DNA from: Bacillales bacterium UBA7004
GTDB taxonomy: Bacteria; Bacillota_I; Bacilli_A; Acholeplasmatales; Anaeroplasmataceae
Length of the DNA stretch: 64,000 nt
Reading direction: 5' to 3'
NCBI GenBank assembly: GCA_002449755.1
Contig: DJXM01000045.1
Location: 34,270 to 98,269 of the forward strand
In this document: positions 31,091 to 42,940 of the stretch, piece after piece
Layout: each line of letters starts with the position of its first letter
How positions within the stretch are numbered: the first letter of the stretch is position 1
Notes under the pieces: model-generated
Seen by the model: only the letters and a program-made list of their open reading frames with translations
The model's database searches: none
Told to the model about the DNA's origin: nothing
Position numbers and translations under genes: made by a program

Positions 31091-31128
31091 AAAATGAAAA
31101 GGTCGTACTGCATTACTGCAATACGACC
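31091..31128 (-). terminator. Terminator-like hairpin between ispG and the DUF1016 gene
   Basis: Minus strand GGTCGTATTGCA-GTAA-TGCAGTACGACC then TTTTCATTTT. Confidence 0.7.
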
Positions 31129-31215
31129 ATAAATTCATAATTATTTAGTTGTAATAATTGTTTTTTATATTTCATAATTATTACCAACCATTATACTGGA
31201 ATTATATCATAATAA

Positions 31216-32253
31216 TTACATATTATCGATTTCTTTTTTTAATTCAGAAATAATATCTTCCTCTTTAACCTTTCTAAGAGGAACACCCTTTTTGAAAATA
31301 AGGGCTTCGCCTACTCCACCAGCTATACCTAAGTCAGCCTCTCTAGCTTCCCCTGGACCATTTACAATACAGCCCATTACAGCTACATGAATATCCTTTT
31401 TAACTGTATATAGGAATTCTTCAACCTGATGTGCAAGTGGAATTAAATCTATTTGTGTTCTACCACATGTTGGACATGATGTTATAACAGGAACATTATT
31501 AATTAGCTTTAATTCCTTTAAAATATCTCTAGCTGCTTTAACCTCAAGTGTTGGATCAGCAGTTAATGATACTCTTATTGTATTTCCGATTCCTTCTGAT
31601 AAAATTCTATATAACCCAATAGAAGAAGTTATTAATCCCTTGAAATCAGTTCCTGATTCTGTGATTCCTACATGTAAAGGATATGGGAATGTATTAGCTG
31701 CAAGCATATATGCTTCATATGCTAAATCACAATTTGATGCCTTTATTGAAAGTACAATATTGTGGAAATCTAATTCCTCTAATATATCAATATGAGATTT
31801 AGCTGCTAAAATCATGTTTTTAGCATTAACCTCCATACCCTTAGGTAAAGAACCAGCATTTACACCAATTCTTATTGGTACATTTCTTTCCTTACATAAA
31901 TTAACTATTTCAACTATTTTATTTTTATCTGTTATATTTCCTGGATTTAATCTTATTTTGTCTACACCTTGCTTGATAGCTATAATTGCATATTCAGGAT
32001 TAAAATGAATATCAGCTACTAATGGTATATGAATTCTTTTTTTGATTTCACCTATAGATAAGGCATCATCCTTATCTAATACAGCAACTCTTATAATATC
32101 ACAGCCTAATTCCTCTAATTTTAATATTTGATTTACTGTAGCTTCAATATCCTTTGTCTTTGTATTAGTCATACTTTGAATTAATATAGGATTATTTCCT
32201 CCTATTAATTTGTTTCCTACTTTAACTACTCTAGTTTCGTCTCTTTTTATCAT
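31216..32253 (-). CDS. ispG: 4-hydroxy-3-methylbut-2-en-1-yl diphosphate synthase (MEP pathway)
   Basis: QSMTNT, LVADIHF, RLNPGNI, RIGVNAGSL, SCPTCGR, VMGCIVNGPGE. Confidence 0.97.
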   Translation of the reverse strand: MIKRDETRVVKVGNKLIGGNNPILIQSMTNTKTKDIEATVNQILKLEELGCDIIRVAVLDKDDALSIGEIKKRIHIPLVADIHFNPEYAIIAIKQGVDKIRLNPGNITDKNKIVEIVNLCKERNVPIRIGVNAGSLPKGMEVNAKNMILAAKSHIDILEELDFHNIVLSIKASNCDLAYEAYMLAANTFPYPLHVGITESGTDFKGLITSSIGLYRILSEGIGNTIRVSLTADPTLEVKAARDILKELKLINNVPVITSCPTCGRTQIDLIPLAHQVEEFLYTVKKDIHVAVMGCIVNGPGEAREADLGIAGGVGEALIFKKGVPLRKVKEEDIISELKKEIDNM

Positions 32254-32292
32254 TTTTATCACCATTTATATTTTACAACTAGCCATTTAATA

Positions 32293-32303
32293 AATCTAGT
32301 ATG
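32293..32303 (+). repeat. 11-bp direct repeat AATCTAGTATG, left copy
   Basis: Identical to 36049-36059; the two copies bracket the three-gene ABC islet. Confidence 0.6.
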
Positions 32304-32601
32304 TTAATTGCTGGTGCTTGTCCATTTTATTTGATGATATTATCGAAAAGCTTGTATTCCCATTTTTTGGTTTTATCAACCAGCATTTTAATCTTAATTG
32401 ATTGTTTTTAATATTTCTAAAAATAGCTTATTTAAGATATAAAGTTAACTTTGGTGGCTGCAATTATTGCTCCAAAAAATTTGAAATGTCGTGATAATTG
32501 GTTTATAATTAAACAAAGGAGTTTGAACTATAAGAAATAATATTTTTGAATTTGCATTTTTTTTATTATATCTTTGATGTATCTAGGAACTTGATAATAA
32601 A

Positions 32602-34155
32602 ATGAAACTTATTGATTATATTTACTATGCTAGAAAAATAAATAAATCAAATTATAAGGAGTCTAAAACAATTAGATTTGGACTCTTTTTTTCAATGTTT
32701 TTAATTTTGATTTTCGGCTTATTTTATTTATGGATTTCAAGTATTAGTTCATCTATAAATAATGAAAAAACTGTTTCTTCGATACATTGCAGTTATGTAA
32801 AATATGGAGAAGAAACACCTGATGTTTATGGTTATGAAGAAATACTTCATAAAGGTGTATATGGAGTGACATTTAATAATCCTACGTCATCAAAAATAGA
32901 TTATCCAACAATTAGTATAGATAACATTGATTATAAAATTAGTAGTGAAATGATAGATAAATATAAAATTAATGTTGCTCATTTTTTTACCTATTATGAT
33001 AATAAAGAAAATGAAAAGTTATATTTAGATTCTGAACGTGATTATTTAGCTAATCATGGCTATGGTGATGTTATTGTTGCAGGGCAATCATTTACAAATA
33101 ACAAATACGAGATTATGGTTTCAAATTCTTTTTTAGATGCTTTAGGCATTAGTGATTATAATAGTGTTATTGGAAAGCAAATATCTTATAAGGTTTTATT
33201 TAATACTGGATATAATCCTAAAAATAATCATTACCAAAGTAAAGTACTGATAAATGAAGGTAATGAATGTGTTGATATATCAGAAGAATTTATTGATTAT
33301 GAATATTATGTATTTGAAAATTTTAAGATTGTTGGTGTATTTAATTCAATGATTGATTATTGTTATACAAGAAATATACCTCCTTACTCACCAGATAATT
33401 TTATGTATGCTTTTTGGATAAAATATAGTGACATAAATCCAATTTGTTATGAGCATGGAAGCGAACATATAGGTGAATTTGTATGGGAAGATAATAATTA
33501 TATCTTTGATACTAATCCCAAAGAAATAATAAATAATTCTAAAGGAATTAACATAATAAGATTAAATAATTCTCATAAATATAGTTATAATTCAGCAGTA
33601 TTACAATTTAAGGATGCTGAAAGTGCATATAATTATTATAATGATATTGTTAATCAATATGGAAGTAGAAGCATTGATTGTAACAAAAGTTTAAGAGTTT
33701 TTTTTGAGCTTTATCCCTATTACTCATTTGTTAGAAGTCTATTGATAATATTAATTACTTGTTCGATTCTTATCTCGCTACTTAATGTTATTAGGTTAAT
33801 TGATTATTCAATTAATAAGAGTAGAGATTTTAATATAATGCTAGAGAATCTAGGGCTAAAAGAAAAAAAGGTATATTTGATTTATTATTTTAGAATGATA
33901 TATGAATATATTAAAGCATCTATTTTAATGTTGATAATTGATGTACCTTTGTGCATATTACATTACATCGTATTTGAAAAAGTATTTGGTAGTAATAATT
34001 ATAAAGGAATTATTGATTTTAAAATACCAATATATGGATATTTTATTGTGTTTTTTATATCATTTTTAATTGTATATTTTATGATTAGCATTTCAGTTTT
34101 TATTGTTTATTTAATCAATATGAATAAATTAAAGGGGGTTATTAAAAATGATTAA
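32602..34155 (+). CDS. FtsX-like ABC exporter permease
   Basis: N-terminal TM, large extracellular domain (EIMVS, FKIVGVF), three C-terminal TMs, IMLENLGL motif. Confidence 0.75.
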   Translation: MKLIDYIYYARKINKSNYKESKTIRFGLFFSMFLILIFGLFYLWISSISSSINNEKTVSSIHCSYVKYGEETPDVYGYEEILHKGVYGVTFNNPTSSKIDYPTISIDNIDYKISSEMIDKYKINVAHFFTYYDNKENEKLYLDSERDYLANHGYGDVIVAGQSFTNNKYEIMVSNSFLDALGISDYNSVIGKQISYKVLFNTGYNPKNNHYQSKVLINEGNECVDISEEFIDYEYYVFENFKIVGVFNSMIDYCYTRNIPPYSPDNFMYAFWIKYSDINPICYEHGSEHIGEFVWEDNNYIFDTNPKEIINNSKGINIIRLNNSHKYSYNSAVLQFKDAESAYNYYNDIVNQYGSRSIDCNKSLRVFFELYPYYSFVRSLLIILITCSILISLLNVIRLIDYSINKSRDFNIMLENLGLKEKKVYLIYYFRMIYEYIKASILMLIIDVPLCILHYIVFEKVFGSNNYKGIIDFKIPIYGYFIVFFISFLIVYFMISISVFIVYLINMNKLKGVIKND

Positions 34156-34846
34156 ATTAGAAAATGTATCAAAGATATTCAATAAGAAAAGTAATCCTAT
34201 AGTTGTTTTTGATAACCTAAATTTTGAAATTGAGATGAATAAATTTATATCTATATTAGGAAGATCTGGTTCTGGGAAATCAACACTTTTAAATTTAATT
34301 GGAGGAATAGAAAATCCTGATAAAGGCAATATATATATTGGAAATAATAATATTACTAAATTAAATAGAGATTCTTTAGCAAAATTTAGAAACGAAGAAA
34401 TCGGCTACATTTTTCAAAAATTTATATTAGAGCCATCGTTATCTGTTATAGATAATGTTGTAATACCACTTGTGATAAGAGGTGTTGATAAAAAAGAAAG
34501 AGAAAAGAAAGCAAAAGAAGTTTTAATGTTTCTAAATTTAGAAGATAGAATCAATGAAAAAGTGTGTAATTTATCTGGTGGTGAGCAGCAAAGAGTATGT
34601 ATTGCTCGAGCATTAATTGGGGATGCAAATATAATTTTGGCTGATGAACCAACTGGAAATTTAGATTATGAAAGAGGACAAGAAGTATTAAAATATTTGA
34701 AGAAAATATCATTAGATGGGAAAAGCGTTATACTTGTTACTCACAATAAGGATGATGCATATAAATATTCAGATTATGTATACGAAATTAATGATGGAAA
34801 AATAATAAATAGAACTAAAATTGGTGATGAAAATGAAAATTCATGA
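34148..34846 (+). CDS. ABC transporter ATP-binding protein (LolD/MacB-type)
   Basis: GRSGSGKST, LSGGEQQR, ADEPTGNLD, VTHN. Confidence 0.95.
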   Translation: MIKLENVSKIFNKKSNPIVVFDNLNFEIEMNKFISILGRSGSGKSTLLNLIGGIENPDKGNIYIGNNNITKLNRDSLAKFRNEEIGYIFQKFILEPSLSVIDNVVIPLVIRGVDKKEREKKAKEVLMFLNLEDRINEKVCNLSGGEQQRVCIARALIGDANIILADEPTGNLDYERGQEVLKYLKKISLDGKSVILVTHNKDDAYKYSDYVYEINDGKIINRTKIGDENENS

Positions 34847-35909
34847 TTATTTTAGATATGTTAAAACAATTTTTATTAATAATAAATTAAGAAGTATTAT
34901 TTCATTTCTAATATCATTAATATTATCTTATATAATATGCTTATTATTTATAATTGGTTTTAATTATTATGAAAATTCATATGATGCAAAAATTGAATAT
35001 CTTACCAATAATAAAATAGTAATAAATGTAGATTCAACTAAAAACAGGATTGATGAAGTTGTTGAATTTGGTAGAAAGTTTTCTTCTAACACAACATCTT
35101 TTTCAACATTTGGAATAGAATTATATGATTTTGAAAAAGAATTCACTTATAGATTAGTTTCTGGAAAATTGCCTGAATCTAATTCAAAAGATATATTAGT
35201 TAATAGTAGAACTGATTATAAAGTAGGAGATTTATATGAATATAGAAATGAAAAATTTCAAGTATGTGGCATTTACGAATCAGATTATATTGATTTAATT
35301 TTTGGTGATATATTAGGTCATAAGGACATTGTTGATTCTACAACAATATCTTTATGCTTTTTTGGAACGAATGCTGTGAATAATATATCTAGTATAAAGA
35401 CATTAATAAGTGAATTGGATGATGCCAATTTTAAATATTCAAATAATAATGTGCTTGATAATTATGAAAGTATTACTATAAATGCTAGTATAACATTAAT
35501 CATTGTTGTTATGGTAACAATAGTATTATTTTTATCATCTATAGGTTTCTTATCTAACTCTATTAGAATGTCAATTAGTGAATCAGATAAATTATTTAAT
35601 ATATTAAATTTAGTTGGTTCAAAAAGAAAAAATATCTTCTTTATTATTGCCTTATATATGCTTATTATTGTTGTGACGTCAATAATAATATCAACTATAT
35701 TTGCATTTTTAACATTTAATATCATTAATTTGAAGAATATGTATGATTTAATAATTCCATCTCAATTAAGAAGTGGAAATTTCGAATATGAAATTAAATT
35801 TTTGTGGTACATACCTTTAATAATGATATTTGTTTTTGCATTATATGTTTTAATATATGCAAATATATTATTAAAAAAAGAATTGAAAGAAATGAATTTT
35901 AGATACTAA
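34833..35909 (+). CDS. FtsX-like ABC exporter permease
   Basis: LVSGKLPE, YKVGD, ILNLVGS motifs; four TM helices; GGTGA RBS. Confidence 0.8.
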   Translation: MKIHDYFRYVKTIFINNKLRSIISFLISLILSYIICLLFIIGFNYYENSYDAKIEYLTNNKIVINVDSTKNRIDEVVEFGRKFSSNTTSFSTFGIELYDFEKEFTYRLVSGKLPESNSKDILVNSRTDYKVGDLYEYRNEKFQVCGIYESDYIDLIFGDILGHKDIVDSTTISLCFFGTNAVNNISSIKTLISELDDANFKYSNNNVLDNYESITINASITLIIVVMVTIVLFLSSIGFLSNSIRMSISESDKLFNILNLVGSKRKNIFFIIALYMLIIVVTSIIISTIFAFLTFNIINLKNMYDLIIPSQLRSGNFEYEIKFLWYIPLIMIFVFALYVLIYANILLKKELKEMNFRY

Positions 35910-36048
35910 TTAAGATTACAATTAGCACATAAATAAAGAAAAGAAAAAATAATAGAACAAAAATTATAAATATATATTTACATTTACTTCAGCTTTATCT
36001 TTGTTGAATGGAATGATGTTTCCATCAACTTAAAATAATAAATAAATG

Positions 36049-36059
36049 AATCTAGTATG
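36049..36059 (+). repeat. 11-bp direct repeat AATCTAGTATG, right copy
   Basis: Identical to 32293-32303. Confidence 0.6.
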
Positions 36060-36077
36060 AAAATATTTAAATTTTTG

Positions 36078-36106
36078 TTGCAATAACAAATGTGTTTTGA
36101 TATAAT
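36078..36106 (+). promoter_or_regulatory. Sigma-A-type promoter for rpmG
   Basis: TTGCAA, 17-bp spacer, TG-A-TATAAT. Confidence 0.7.
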
Positions 36107-36143
36107 ACGATAGGAAGTAACCTAAGTCTGGAGGGATAAAAAG

Positions 36144-36293
36144 ATGCGTGATTTAGTTAAATTAGTTTGTGCTGATTGCAAGAATGAAAATTACTATACA
36201 GACAAGAACAAGAAGACAACTCCTGAAAGATTGGAGATTAAGAAATATTGTCCTCATTGCCGTAAGCATACTATTCATAAGGAAAAGAAGTAA
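36144..36293 (+). CDS. rpmG: 50S ribosomal protein L33 (zinc-binding form), not in the ORF track
   Basis: Manual translation [49 protein letters not shown]; GGAGG RBS. Confidence 0.97.
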   Translation: MRDLVKLVCADCKNENYYTDKNKKTTPERLEIKKYCPHCRKHTIHKEKK

Positions 36294-36310
36294 AAATAAT
36301 TATAACATTC

Positions 36311-36331
36311 AAAGCCCAATTGGGCTTTTTT
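36311..36331 (+). terminator. Intrinsic terminator after rpmG
   Basis: AAAGCCCA-AT-TGGGCTTT followed by Ts. Confidence 0.85.
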
Positions 36332-36375
36332 GTTTGTATTAATTTTGTTATAATTTCTATACGAGGTTTATTATT

Positions 36376-36990
36376 ATGAAAATAGAGACAATGAATACTG
36401 GCTTTTATTTTACTAATAGCTATATTATATCAAATGATAAAAATGAATGTGTTATTGTAGATCCAGGGTTAGGATATAAAAAGGCTGCTGATTATATTAA
36501 ATCTAAATATAAGCCACTTGCTATATTAATTACTCATGCTCATATGGATCATATTGATGGAATAACATATTTTACTGATTTACCTATTTATTTATATAAT
36601 AAGGAAAAGGAAGTATTTGATGATTCTGAATTAAATTTATATGAAATGATTGATAGGTCCTCTCCCTATCATACATCTGATTTAGATATTAGATTAGTAT
36701 CTAATGATGAAATTATAAATATATCTGATTTTAAATTTAGAGTTATTTATACACCAGGACATACTATTGGATCTTGTTGCTACTTAATAGGTGATGATTT
36801 ATTTACTGGAGATACTTTGTTTCATATGTCATGTGGAAGATGTGATTTTCCAACTGGCGATATGAGAATGATGGAGGAATCATTAAATAAATTGATGAAT
36901 TTGTTTGGTGATGATGTTAAATGCTATCCTGGGCATGAGGATTTAACTACTATCGGATTTGAAAGAATTCATAATCCATTCATTAGATAA
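36376..36990 (+). CDS. MBL-fold metallo-hydrolase (glyoxalase II-like)
   Basis: THAHMDHIDG, TPGHT, FTGDTLF, YPGH. Confidence 0.92.
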   Translation: MKIETMNTGFYFTNSYIISNDKNECVIVDPGLGYKKAADYIKSKYKPLAILITHAHMDHIDGITYFTDLPIYLYNKEKEVFDDSELNLYEMIDRSSPYHTSDLDIRLVSNDEIINISDFKFRVIYTPGHTIGSCCYLIGDDLFTGDTLFHMSCGRCDFPTGDMRMMEESLNKLMNLFGDDVKCYPGHEDLTTIGFERIHNPFIR

Positions 36991-37061
36991 TCGAATTTTA
37001 TTTTAAAAAATATAAAATTTTGAAATTTTTGTTAAAAATATAAGAAAATTATAAAAAATAA

Positions 37062-37090
37062 TTTACAAATATTTTAAATTGATATAGAAT
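37062..37090 (+). promoter_or_regulatory. Promoter for the T-box-asnA transcript
   Basis: TTTACA, 17-bp spacer, TAGAAT. Confidence 0.6.
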
Positions 37091-37107
37091 TAACTTGTAT
37101 TTGTCCT

Positions 37108-37325
37108 AGGATGAGGAGAAAAACATCTATGTATTAATAAGCGAGTCCCAATTGGTGAAAGGGGATAATACTAAATGTTGGACAACACCTCGGAGGATTA
37201 GGGAAGAATAGAGTAGAACCCTACGTTAGCTGCGTTAAAGTAATTGAGTGCTGTATTTTATACAGAATTAAGGTGGTACCACGGTTATTTCGTCCTTAGA
37301 GCATATGCTTTAAGGATTTTTTTTT
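37108..37325 (+). ncRNA. Asn-specific T-box riboswitch
   Basis: AGCGA and GGTGAAA stem-I motifs, specifier codon AAC at 37184-37186, T-box AAGGTGGTACCACGG at 37270-37284, terminator TCCTTAGAGC..GCTTTAAGGA plus T run; directly upstream of asnA. Confidence 0.93.
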
Positions 37326-37336
37326 AGGAGGACATT

Positions 37337-38344
37337 ATGAAAAGATTATTTTTAAAAGAGGATTATAAGCCGTTAATGAGTGTTAAGGAAACAGAAAAGG
37401 CTATTAAATTTGTAAGAGATAGCTTTGAAAAAGAATTATGTAAGAAATTAAATCTTACTAGAGTTTCAGCTCCTTTATTTGTTTTCCCATCTACAGGTTT
37501 AAATGATAATTTAAATGGCTTTGAAAGAAGAGTATCTTTTGATGTTAAAAATATAGCTGAAGAGGTTGAGGTAGTTCAATCACTAGCAAAATGGAAAAGA
37601 AATGCATTAGGCAAATATGGATTCCTACCTGGTGAGGGCTTATATACAAATATGAATGCAATTAGAAGAGATGAGGACTTAGATACTATGCATTCATGTT
37701 ACGTCGATCAATGGGATTGGGAAAAGGTTATTGAAAGAAAGGATAGAACTAAGGGATATTTAAAGAAGACTGTAAAGCAGATTTATTCTGTTTTAAAGAG
37801 TTTAGCATCTAAGGTAGAAAAGGAATATCCTATGATTAAACATGACCTACCTGATGAAATTACATTTATTACAACTAAGGAATTAGAGGAAATGTATCCT
37901 GATTTAGAACCAAATAGAAGAGAATATGAAATCTGTAAAGAGAAAAAGGCAGTATTCTTGATGCAAATTGGTGGTAAATTAAAGAATGGTCTTCCTCATG
38001 ATGGTAGAGCATCTGATTATGATGATTGGAAATTAAATGGTGATATTTTATTATATTATGATGTATTAGATATCGCATTTGAGGTATCATCTATGGGTAT
38101 TAGAGTAGATGCTGATTCTTTATATAAGCAAATGAAGGAAAAGAAGGAATTAGATAAGATTAATGATCAATATCATCAGGATGTTTTAAATGATAGATTA
38201 CCTTTAACTATTGGTGGAGGTATTGGTCAATCTAGACTTTGTATGTTTATGCTAAAGAAGGCTCATATCGGTGAGGTACAAGCATCAATTTGGCCTGAAG
38301 AGGATATTAAGGCATTAGAAAAGTGTAATATTCATTTATTATAG
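37337..38344 (+). CDS. asnA: Aspartate--ammonia ligase
   Basis: GLNDNLNG, EVVQSLAKWKR, YVDQWDWE, SSMGIRV, TIGGGIGQSR, HIGEVQ. Confidence 0.98.
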   Translation: MKRLFLKEDYKPLMSVKETEKAIKFVRDSFEKELCKKLNLTRVSAPLFVFPSTGLNDNLNGFERRVSFDVKNIAEEVEVVQSLAKWKRNALGKYGFLPGEGLYTNMNAIRRDEDLDTMHSCYVDQWDWEKVIERKDRTKGYLKKTVKQIYSVLKSLASKVEKEYPMIKHDLPDEITFITTKELEEMYPDLEPNRREYEICKEKKAVFLMQIGGKLKNGLPHDGRASDYDDWKLNGDILLYYDVLDIAFEVSSMGIRVDADSLYKQMKEKKELDKINDQYHQDVLNDRLPLTIGGGIGQSRLCMFMLKKAHIGEVQASIWPEEDIKALEKCNIHLL

Positions 38345-38350
38345 AAATAT

Positions 38351-38400
38351 AAGGATTAGTATTCGTACTTTTTGTACGAAATTTGCTAATCCTTTTTCTT
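38351..38400 (+). terminator. Intrinsic terminator after asnA
   Basis: AAGGATTAGT..TTCGTAC-loop-GTACGAA..GCTAATCCTT followed by Ts. Confidence 0.8.
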
Positions 38401-38443
38401 TATGCTAAAATAAGTATGATTTTTTCGTTTAAAGGAGAATAAT

Positions 38444-39220
38444 ATGAAAAAAACAAGTAATATAATATTGATGCTTGGTGCAATAGCATCTTTGATTGGT
38501 TGTGTTGTTTCTTTTTATATTCATTATTCAGCTGAAGCAAGTGATGGTATTACACCAAATGCTATTATTGCTAGTTTATATATTGGTGGCATTTGGTATA
38601 TTTTGACATTTATATTTTGTTTAATAGCTTTAAAAAACAGCTCTAAAGGAATATTCATAGCTGGTTTAATTGTAGCAACGATTGGCTTATATCAAACATA
38701 TGGTGTTTCTTTAATAGCATTAATTGGATTTGCTATGAAATATTCTGAATATTGTAAGGAAAGAAGAATAAAGGATCAAGAAATAGAAAGCTTGCCTGAT
38801 GAGGAAAGATATGTTGCTATTAATAATGATAAGGATTATAAATATAGACATATTGATTATAAGTTATATGTAAAAAGCTATAGATGGTGCTATATTTTAT
38901 CTTCTATATTATCTATTATTTATTTGGTTCTTTATATTTATGGATTTGTTCTTTTAACAAATCATATCATAGATAGTTCTGGAGGCTATGGTATATTTTT
39001 ATTACTCCTTTTTGGTATATTTTATTTTGCATTAGCTGCTATTGGATTCTTTTATATTATTCTTGGCTTTATTGCATCAATATTTGCAATATTTCATCCA
39101 TCAAGGCAATTATTAAAATTTAATCAAATATATGGAATTTTTTCTTTAACTATTTTTAATTCTTATGCATCAGGCTGTATTTTAACTGATATAGAAAAAC
39201 AAATAAGTTTAAATCAATAG
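38444..39220 (+). CDS. Hypothetical polytopic membrane protein
   Basis: AGGAG RBS; two hydrophobic blocks separated by a charged loop. Confidence 0.7.
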   Translation: MKKTSNIILMLGAIASLIGCVVSFYIHYSAEASDGITPNAIIASLYIGGIWYILTFIFCLIALKNSSKGIFIAGLIVATIGLYQTYGVSLIALIGFAMKYSEYCKERRIKDQEIESLPDEERYVAINNDKDYKYRHIDYKLYVKSYRWCYILSSILSIIYLVLYIYGFVLLTNHIIDSSGGYGIFLLLLFGIFYFALAAIGFFYIILGFIASIFAIFHPSRQLLKFNQIYGIFSLTIFNSYASGCILTDIEKQISLNQ

Positions 39221-39231
39221 AATTTAATGTT

Positions 39232-39266
39232 GGAGTTTAGCTTCATTAAAAGCTAGACTCCTTTTT
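39232..39266 (+). terminator. Intrinsic terminator
   Basis: GGAGTTTAGCTT..AAGCTAGACTCC followed by T5. Confidence 0.8.
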
Positions 39267-39280
39267 ACGTTTTATTATTT

Positions 39281-39307
39281 TTAGCACTTTTTGCTTGACA
39301 GTGCTAA
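39281..39307 (+). promoter_or_regulatory. CIRCE operator 1 overlapping the -35 box
   Basis: TTAGCACTT-N9-CAGTGCTAA versus consensus TTAGCACTC-N9-GAGTGCTAA. Confidence 0.9.
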
Positions 39308-39323
39308 AAACTAGTTTTATAAT
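39295..39323 (+). promoter_or_regulatory. Consensus sigma-A promoter of the hrcA operon
   Basis: TTGACA, 17-bp spacer, TATAAT. Confidence 0.9.
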
Positions 39324-39326
39324 GTA

Positions 39327-39353
39327 ATTGCACTTGGATAAAACGAGTGCCAA
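39327..39353 (+). promoter_or_regulatory. CIRCE operator 2 at the transcription start
   Basis: ATTGCACTT-N9-GAGTGCCAA. Confidence 0.75.
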
Positions 39354-39375
39354 TAATGTCAAGAGGTGATAAAGA

Positions 39376-40392
39376 ATGCTAACGGATAGACAAAAGTTAA
39401 TTTTGAAAGCTATTATTGAAGAATATGTTACGTCAAATGAACCTGTTGGATCTAAGGCATTAACCGAAAAGCCATATCTTGCCTTTTCATCTGCAACTTT
39501 AAGAAATGAGATGCAGGCACTTGAAGAAGATGGTTATTTAAAAAAGACTCATACATCTTCAGGTAGAATCCCTTCAGATATTGGTTATAGATATTATTTA
39601 GATCATTTATTTATTAGAGATGAGCATGTTGAGGATTATTATAAATATGTTGATGAAATCTTAGATAATAAATATGATTCTAAAGAGGAAGTGTCTAGAA
39701 AGCTAGTTAATTTCTTAAGTGATTTAACTGGTTATTATACTGCGTTAATTGGTAATTCATCAGATACCGCAAAGGTATTGAAGATTGAAATTGTTGAATT
39801 AGAGGATAATGAGGCAGTATTATTGATTGTTACATCTGCTGGTAATGTTCAAAGTCAAAAGATATATATTCCTAAGGGATATAATATGGATGACTTAATG
39901 AGAATTATTGGTATGTTTGATACAGCAATGTATGGACAATCTATTTATAATATTAGAGGTATATTATCTAAGGAGGTTGCAAAGCCTAGAATTAGACAAA
40001 TGGTTGACTTCCATGATGATATATTAAATTTCATGATTAAAGCATTTGATGGTTTCTTACATGGAAATGTATATGAAGCAGGCTTATCTAAATTATTGAA
40101 TCAAGCTGAATTCCAGGATTATCAGAAGATGCAAAAATTAATCAAAGCAGTTGATAATGAAGAATTTACAAATGTTTTAACTGATGCTTCTAGTTCAGTT
40201 AAAATTGTTGTAGGTTCTGAGAATATGAATGAGGGCTTAAATGAGTGTGCTGTTGTATCTGTTCCTTACTTCATTAATGATGATGAATTTGGTACAATCT
40301 TGCTTGTTGGTCCTACAAGAATGAATTATCGAGCTACAGTTCCTCTACTTGAGTATGTAGCTAAGTCAATGAGAAAATTAGATAAAAGGTAG
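39376..40392 (+). CDS. hrcA: Heat-inducible transcription repressor
   Basis: LTDRQKLIL, EPVGSK, SSATLRNEM, HTSSGRIPS, VGPTRMNY. Confidence 0.96.
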   Translation: MLTDRQKLILKAIIEEYVTSNEPVGSKALTEKPYLAFSSATLRNEMQALEEDGYLKKTHTSSGRIPSDIGYRYYLDHLFIRDEHVEDYYKYVDEILDNKYDSKEEVSRKLVNFLSDLTGYYTALIGNSSDTAKVLKIEIVELEDNEAVLLIVTSAGNVQSQKIYIPKGYNMDDLMRIIGMFDTAMYGQSIYNIRGILSKEVAKPRIRQMVDFHDDILNFMIKAFDGFLHGNVYEAGLSKLLNQAEFQDYQKMQKLIKAVDNEEFTNVLTDASSSVKIVVGSENMNEGLNECAVVSVPYFINDDEFGTILLVGPTRMNYRATVPLLEYVAKSMRKLDKR

Positions 40393-40401
40393 TGATTAGT
40401 T

Positions 40402-42872
<2,471 letters not shown>

Positions 42873-42940
42873 AAATATAAATATGTATAGAAGGGCTTAA
42901 ATTAAGCCCTCCTTGTGCATTTTAAAAGGAGATAGGTTAT

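Noticed and set aside
32279-32390. Minus-strand frame MLVDKTKKWEYKLFDNIIK*NGQAPAINILDLLNG and a TGCTGGT..ACCAGCA inverted pair
   Set aside because: Interrupted by stops, no recognisable family, and the 7-bp stem is too short to support an RNA or IS end
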